A DNA stretch of 32,053 nucleotides from Oxalobacter sp. Its GTDB lineage: Bacteria > Pseudomonadota > Gammaproteobacteria > Burkholderiales > Burkholderiaceae_D. Below the pieces are notes generated by a model. That model saw only the letters and a program-made list of their open reading frames with translations, was not told the DNA's origin and made no database searches. The stretch lies in assembly GCA_051885335.1 (NCBI GenBank), contig JBJEXA010000166.1, positions 1 to 32,053 of the forward strand. The letters run 5' to 3'. The translations under genes were made by a program, and so were the position numbers. Positions 27,513 through 32,053 of the stretch are shown here, piece after piece (position 1 is the first letter of the stretch; every line of letters begins with the position of its first letter).

Positions 27513-28253
27513 TCATCCGTTCAGACCCAGGACCTGTTTCTGCATATCAATCAAATCCGTGATGCCGCTTTTAGCCAGGTCAAGCAATTCAATCAGGTTC
27601 TTACTTGAGAAAGGATTGCCTTCTGCAGTCCCCTGGATTTCGACAAAATCCCCGTTTTCAGTCATCACCACATTCATATCGGTATCGCAAGTGCTGTCTT
27701 CCTGATAATCCAAGTCAAGTACAGGCGAGCCTTCACAGATCCCAACAGAAACCGCAGCAACAAAATGACGGAGTGGGATGGATCCAATGATGCCTTCCTC
27801 CACCATACGGGCGAACGCATCATAAGCGGCAATCATGACACCGCTGATGGAAGCGGTACGGGTTCCGCCATCTGCCTGAATGACATCACAGTCCAGCTTC
27901 AGGGTCCTTTCCCCGAAAGCATCAAGATCAAACGCTGCACGGATAGAACGGCCAATCAACCGCTGGATTTCCTGGGTTCTGCCACTTTGACGCCCCCGTG
28001 CAGCTTCACGATCCATCCTGGTATGGGTGGAACGCGGCAGCATGCCATATTCAGCAGTCAGCCAGCCACGCCCTCTGCCCCGCAGGAAGGATGGAACGGA
28101 TTCTTCAATACTCGCTGTACAGATGACTTTGGTATCACCAAACACCGCCAAGACAGAACCTTCGGCATATTTCGTGTAATTCCTGATGAATTCAATCGAC
28201 CGCATGGCGTTCAGGGGACGGCCATTTGCGCGGATGAGCTGTAAATCGGACAT
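27513..28253 (-). CDS. rph: Ribonuclease PH
   Basis: [51 protein letters not shown]. Confidence 0.97.
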   Translation of the reverse strand: MSDLQLIRANGRPLNAMRSIEFIRNYTKYAEGSVLAVFGDTKVICTASIEESVPSFLRGRGRGWLTAEYGMLPRSTHTRMDREAARGRQSGRTQEIQRLIGRSIRAAFDLDAFGERTLKLDCDVIQADGGTRTASISGVMIAAYDAFARMVEEGIIGSIPLRHFVAAVSVGICEGSPVLDLDYQEDSTCDTDMNVVMTENGDFVEIQGTAEGNPFSSKNLIELLDLAKSGITDLIDMQKQVLGLNG

Positions 28254-28329
28254 AATCCTTTCCCTTCAGAATCAAAATATGCTCAATGATACCATTTCCA
28301 TTGACCTCTCTCTGACATTGCTGGAACTA

Positions 28330-29112
28330 TCAAGGTTTTTTCAGAAGATTCAATGGCCGGAACAGTGACTGCATGGCAGCATTCCCGATAAATGAGAGGT
28401 TGTAAGGATGTTCTGAAACAGCAATCTGATAACCCATTCCCTCAAATCGGGGTTGGAACCGTTCTGCCATTTTGCCCCACAGCACCAAAGTCACAGGCTG
28501 TATCTGGCCAACCTGGCGGTCAGCCAAGGTTTCCAGGACGATATTCAGGAACGGCTGCCAATAACGTGTCTCTTTGGCGGCAGGAACATTTTTGCGGAAA
28601 ACCAAAGCAGCGTTCAGAAGCAGGAAACCATTTTGAATCATATTTGCCTGAAGCTGCTGCCCTGTCTGGATGAATGTCCGGCCAGATTTCAAAACGGTTT
28701 TGACAAAACACTTCATCGCCTCTTTACCGGTATCATCTGGCTGAAGATATCTGTCTGCCACCAATAGCATTTTGATGAAGTTCCGCAGGGAAACCGCTCG
28801 ATTGACGGGTTTCGACAATCCTTCATCTGACCACAGTTCCTGGACTGCGCCATCCATGAAACAATAGCCTGATGCACTGGCTTCCCTTGGATAAGGTCCT
28901 TCACCCATCAGGATATAACGGACATGATCAACCGGCAGGGAGAATGCAGCAAAAAGCCTGCCTTGTGTCGGCAAGAAATCCCCTTCTATCAAGGTATCCA
29001 GATAGTCAGGCGTATTTTCCAAGATGGCATTCAGTCCCTGTTTCAGGATGTTTTGCCAAGAGGGGTGTGCCCGTTGAAGTGCAGTTTCAATAAATGGCGG
29101 AAAACGGTTCAT
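28330..29112 (-). CDS. Uracil-DNA glycosylase, atypical family-1-like
   Basis: GEGPYPR...A.GYCF (motif A equivalent), [22 protein letters not shown] (motif B equivalent); ATGA overlap with uvrB. Confidence 0.82.
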   Translation of the reverse strand: MNRFPPFIETALQRAHPSWQNILKQGLNAILENTPDYLDTLIEGDFLPTQGRLFAAFSLPVDHVRYILMGEGPYPREASASGYCFMDGAVQELWSDEGLSKPVNRAVSLRNFIKMLLVADRYLQPDDTGKEAMKCFVKTVLKSGRTFIQTGQQLQANMIQNGFLLLNAALVFRKNVPAAKETRYWQPFLNIVLETLADRQVGQIQPVTLVLWGKMAERFQPRFEGMGYQIAVSEHPYNLSFIGNAAMQSLFRPLNLLKKP

Positions 29113-31205
29113 TTTTTCAATGCCTGTTGTTTAATCCTGTCGATAATAGAAGCACCAAATGCCTGTTGCCGCAGCAGATGCAGTTTGTCCCGGACCTGGG
29201 CTGCCTTTTCAAATTGCAGGTTCTTTGCAAATTCCTGCATCTGTTTTTCCAGTTTCTTGATTTCACGCCCCAATTCGCTTTCAGACATGATTCCGTAATC
29301 CATCCGTTCCTCTTCAGCCTGTACTGTCTTATGGCTTTCTTCCGGATGGAATACGCCATCAATCAGTTCGCGGATTTCTTTGGTGATCCCTTCTGGTGTA
29401 ATGCCATGCTGTTTGTTGAAGGCCATCTGCTTGGCACGCCGCCGTTCAGTCTCATCAATCGCCCGTTTCATTGAATCGGTCATATTGTCTGCATACAGGA
29501 TAGCGGCACCATTCAGGTTCCGCGCAGCACGGCCAATGGTCTGAATCAGGCTGCGTTCTGAACGCAGGAACCCTTCCTTGTCCGCATCCAGAATGGCAAC
29601 CAGTGAGACTTCAGGAATATCCAACCCTTCCCGCAACAGGTTGATACCAACCAACACATCAAATTCTCCAAGCCTGAGATCCCGGATGATTTCAACACGT
29701 TCCACTGTATCAATATCGCTATGCAGATAGCGTACCCTGACTCCTTGTTCCGACAGGAATTCCGTCAATTGTTCCGCCATCCGCTTGGTCAATGTCGTGA
29801 CCAGGATGCGCTCATTGTGTTGGACACGGTCATGAATCTCACCCAACAAGTCATCAACCTGGCTGTCTGCCCTTCTGACTTCAATGGCGGGATCAACCAG
29901 TCCTGTCGGGCGGACAACCTGCTCAACCACCTGTCCCGAATGCGCAAGCTCATAGCCCGCCGGCGTTGCAGAGACAAAAACCGTCTGCCGCATCTTTTTC
30001 TCAAATTCATCAAAACGCAATGGACGGTTGTCCAATGCCGATGGCAACCGGAAGCCGTAGTCAACCAGATTTGTCTTCCGGGAATGGTCACCGTTGTACA
30101 TGCCATTGAGCTGCCCGATGGTGACATGGGATTCATCCAGGAACATGATGGCATCCGATGGGAGGTAATCCACTAATGTCGGTGGCGGTTCCCCGGGTTT
30201 CATGCCGGTCAGATGGCGGGAATAATTTTCAATCCCTTTAGTGAAACCAACCTCCTGCAGCATCTCGAGATCAAAACGGGTCCGCTGGTCAATGCGCTGT
30301 TCCTCAACATATTTGCCCTGTGCTCGGAACCATGCCTTGCGCTCTGCCAGTTCTTCCTTGATGGTCTCAATCGCATTGAGAACTGTTGCCCTTGGCGTTA
30401 CATAATGGGAACCGGGATAAATGGTGAACCGGGGGATTTCCTGAAGAACTTTCCCGGATATGGGATCAAAGAAATGCAGGCTCTCAATCTCATCATCGAA
30501 CATCCCGATACGGATGGCATAGTCGGCATTCTCAGCAGGGAAAACATCAATGATGTCTCCCCTTACCCGGAACGTGCCACGCGCAAAATCATAATCGTTC
30601 CGGGTGTACTGCATCTGGACAAGACGGCTGATGACATCTTTGTAAGGCATCCTGTCATGCGTACGCAGCGTCAGAATCATCTGGTGGTACTCATTTGGAT
30701 TGCCAATCCCGTAAATTGCGGAAACCGTGGCGACAATCACCACATCCCGACGTTCCATCAATGACTTGGTACAGGACAGGCGCATCTGCTCAATATGTTC
30801 ATTGACCGCGGAATCCTTTTCAATGAACAGGTCCCGCTGCGGAACATAGGCCTCCGGCTGATAGTAATCGTAGTAACTGACAAAATACTCAACGGCATTG
30901 TTTGGGAAAAAGTCCCTGAACTCACTGTAAAGCTGTGCAGCAAGTGTCTTATTCGGTGCAAAGACAATTGCCGGACGGCCTAACCGGGCAATGACATGCG
31001 CCATGGTATAGGTCTTGCCCGATCCCGTCACACCCAGCAAAGTCTGGAAAGACAGGCCATCATGAATACCTTCAACAAGTTTCTCAATCGCCCCTGGCTG
31101 ATCACCGGACGGCTCGAACGGTTGGACAAGCTCAAATGGTGAATTTGGGAAAGTCACGACTTTTTTATCAGTTTTTTCAGGAGAAACCGTTGATAAATGA
31201 GCCAT
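29109..31205 (-). CDS. uvrB: Excinuclease ABC subunit B
   Basis: [22 protein letters not shown] beta-hairpin, [14 protein letters not shown]-terminal UVR domain FEKAAQVRD. Confidence 0.98.
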   Translation of the reverse strand: MAHLSTVSPEKTDKKVVTFPNSPFELVQPFEPSGDQPGAIEKLVEGIHDGLSFQTLLGVTGSGKTYTMAHVIARLGRPAIVFAPNKTLAAQLYSEFRDFFPNNAVEYFVSYYDYYQPEAYVPQRDLFIEKDSAVNEHIEQMRLSCTKSLMERRDVVIVATVSAIYGIGNPNEYHQMILTLRTHDRMPYKDVISRLVQMQYTRNDYDFARGTFRVRGDIIDVFPAENADYAIRIGMFDDEIESLHFFDPISGKVLQEIPRFTIYPGSHYVTPRATVLNAIETIKEELAERKAWFRAQGKYVEEQRIDQRTRFDLEMLQEVGFTKGIENYSRHLTGMKPGEPPPTLVDYLPSDAIMFLDESHVTIGQLNGMYNGDHSRKTNLVDYGFRLPSALDNRPLRFDEFEKKMRQTVFVSATPAGYELAHSGQVVEQVVRPTGLVDPAIEVRRADSQVDDLLGEIHDRVQHNERILVTTLTKRMAEQLTEFLSEQGVRVRYLHSDIDTVERVEIIRDLRLGEFDVLVGINLLREGLDIPEVSLVAILDADKEGFLRSERSLIQTIGRAARNLNGAAILYADNMTDSMKRAIDETERRRAKQMAFNKQHGITPEGITKEIRELIDGVFHPEESHKTVQAEEERMDYGIMSESELGREIKKLEKQMQEFAKNLQFEKAAQVRDKLHLLRQQAFGASIIDRIKQQALKK

Positions 31206-31333
31206 TGTGTTCCTATCCTTGATAATATGTTATTTGCAAGAGGAAATTCCCTGTTTTTAGATTTCAGGCCACACGTTGATGTGAATAGGAATCCGTGTGG
31301 ACATATTTGTGTTGGATAATCAATAGTATCACG

Positions 31334-32053
31334 ATGAACAATTCTATCTTACCTGCCATCCCGATGGCACCACGCGATCCGATCCTGGGCATCACTGAAG
31401 CATTCCGTGCTGATAAAAACCCCAAAAAGACCAATCTGGGGGTTGGTGTCTACTATGATGATGGTGGCAAGGTTCCCCTGCTGAAATGCGTTGTGGAAGC
31501 AGAAAAGCAGATGGCTGCTGCAGAAACGCCCCATACTTACCTGCCGATTGACGGTATCCCAATCTATGACGCTGCTGTCCAGAACCTGGTTTTCGGCGCA
31601 GACAATCCGGCTGTCAAGGAAAAACGGATTTCCACCGTCCAGGCAATCGGTGGTACTGGCGCATTGAAAATAGGCGCAGACTTCCTGAAACGCTTTTCGC
31701 CTGATTCAGAAGTCTGGATCAGTGATCCAAGCTGGCAGAACCATTTCGCATTGTTTGAATATGCCGGCTTCAAGATCAACACCTACCCTTATTATGACGA
31801 AGCAACCCACGGGGTCAATTTCAAGGGGATGATGGATACCCTGCGTTCCCTGAAAGCCGGTTCCATTGTCCTGCTGCATGCCTGCTGCCACAATCCGACC
31901 GGTGCTGACCTGACAGATGACCAGTGGACAGAAGTCATTGAAGTCGTCAAGAAAAACCGGCTGATTCCTTTCCTGGACATGGCTTACCAAGGATTCTCCA
32001 ATGGCATTGCTGAAGATGGCAGGGTTGTCCGCCGCTTTGCAGAAACCTATTCA
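31334..32053 (+). CDS. tyrB: Aromatic amino acid/aspartate aminotransferase (runs off the window end)
   Basis: Manual translation MNNSILPAIPMAPRDPILG...NLGVGVY...GGTGAL...LHACCHNPTG...FLDMAYQGF; divergent from uvrB. Confidence 0.9.
   Translation, partial: MNNSILPAIPMAPRDPILGITEAFRADKNPKKTNLGVGVYYDDGGKVPLLKCVVEAEKQMAAAETPHTYLPIDGIPIYDAAVQNLVFGADNPAVKEKRISTVQAIGGTGALKIGADFLKRFSPDSEVWISDPSWQNHFALFEYAGFKINTYPYYDEATHGVNFKGMMDTLRSLKAGSIVLLHACCHNPTGADLTDDQWTEVIEVVKKNRLIPFLDMAYQGFSNGIAEDGRVVRRFAETYS

Noticed and set aside
1-32053. Density of DNA-repair genes (tatD, recJ, rmuC, rdgB, UDG, uvrB) as a dedicated island
   Set aside because: Most sit in familiar housekeeping contexts (lol-tatD/recJ, rph-rdgB-hemW, uvrB divergent from tyrB).

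Overview
32 kb of a betaproteobacterial chromosome, very likely an Oxalobacter species: it carries a formyl-CoA transferase (frc) closely resembling the O. formigenes enzyme. Housekeeping blocks lie at both ends: lolC/E-lolD-tatD and recJ on the left; prfA-dsbB-prmC-purN-rsmB, rmuC, uvrB-ung-rph-rdgB-hemW and a partial tyrB/aspC on the right. Between them is an accessory-looking segment (about 4.3-17.5 kb) with proC, a split two-subunit L-serine dehydratase (sdaAB/sdaAA) interrupted by an AbiEi/AbiEii toxin-antitoxin cassette, an esterase, a degenerate PAS-AAA+-Fis regulator, frc, a Cys-tailed metallo-beta-lactamase-fold protein and a hydantoinase-A plus HDAC-family operon. Main observations: (1) a Cys-triad PAS regulator with an apparently dead sigma54-activator module, paired with a 10-bp-phased TGACA/TGTCA operator array upstream of the MBL gene, suggesting a sigma54-independent sulfur/redox circuit around frc; (2) a lone hydantoinase-A ATPase coupled to a Zn-finger-tailed HDAC-like amidohydrolase; (3) the AbiE cassette is flanked by two synonymously diverged copies of the sdaAB 3' end; (4) a highly structured frc leader of about 160 nt. 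No rRNA, tRNA, CRISPR array or transposase was recognised. All assignments come from motif recognition by eye; no database searches were run.
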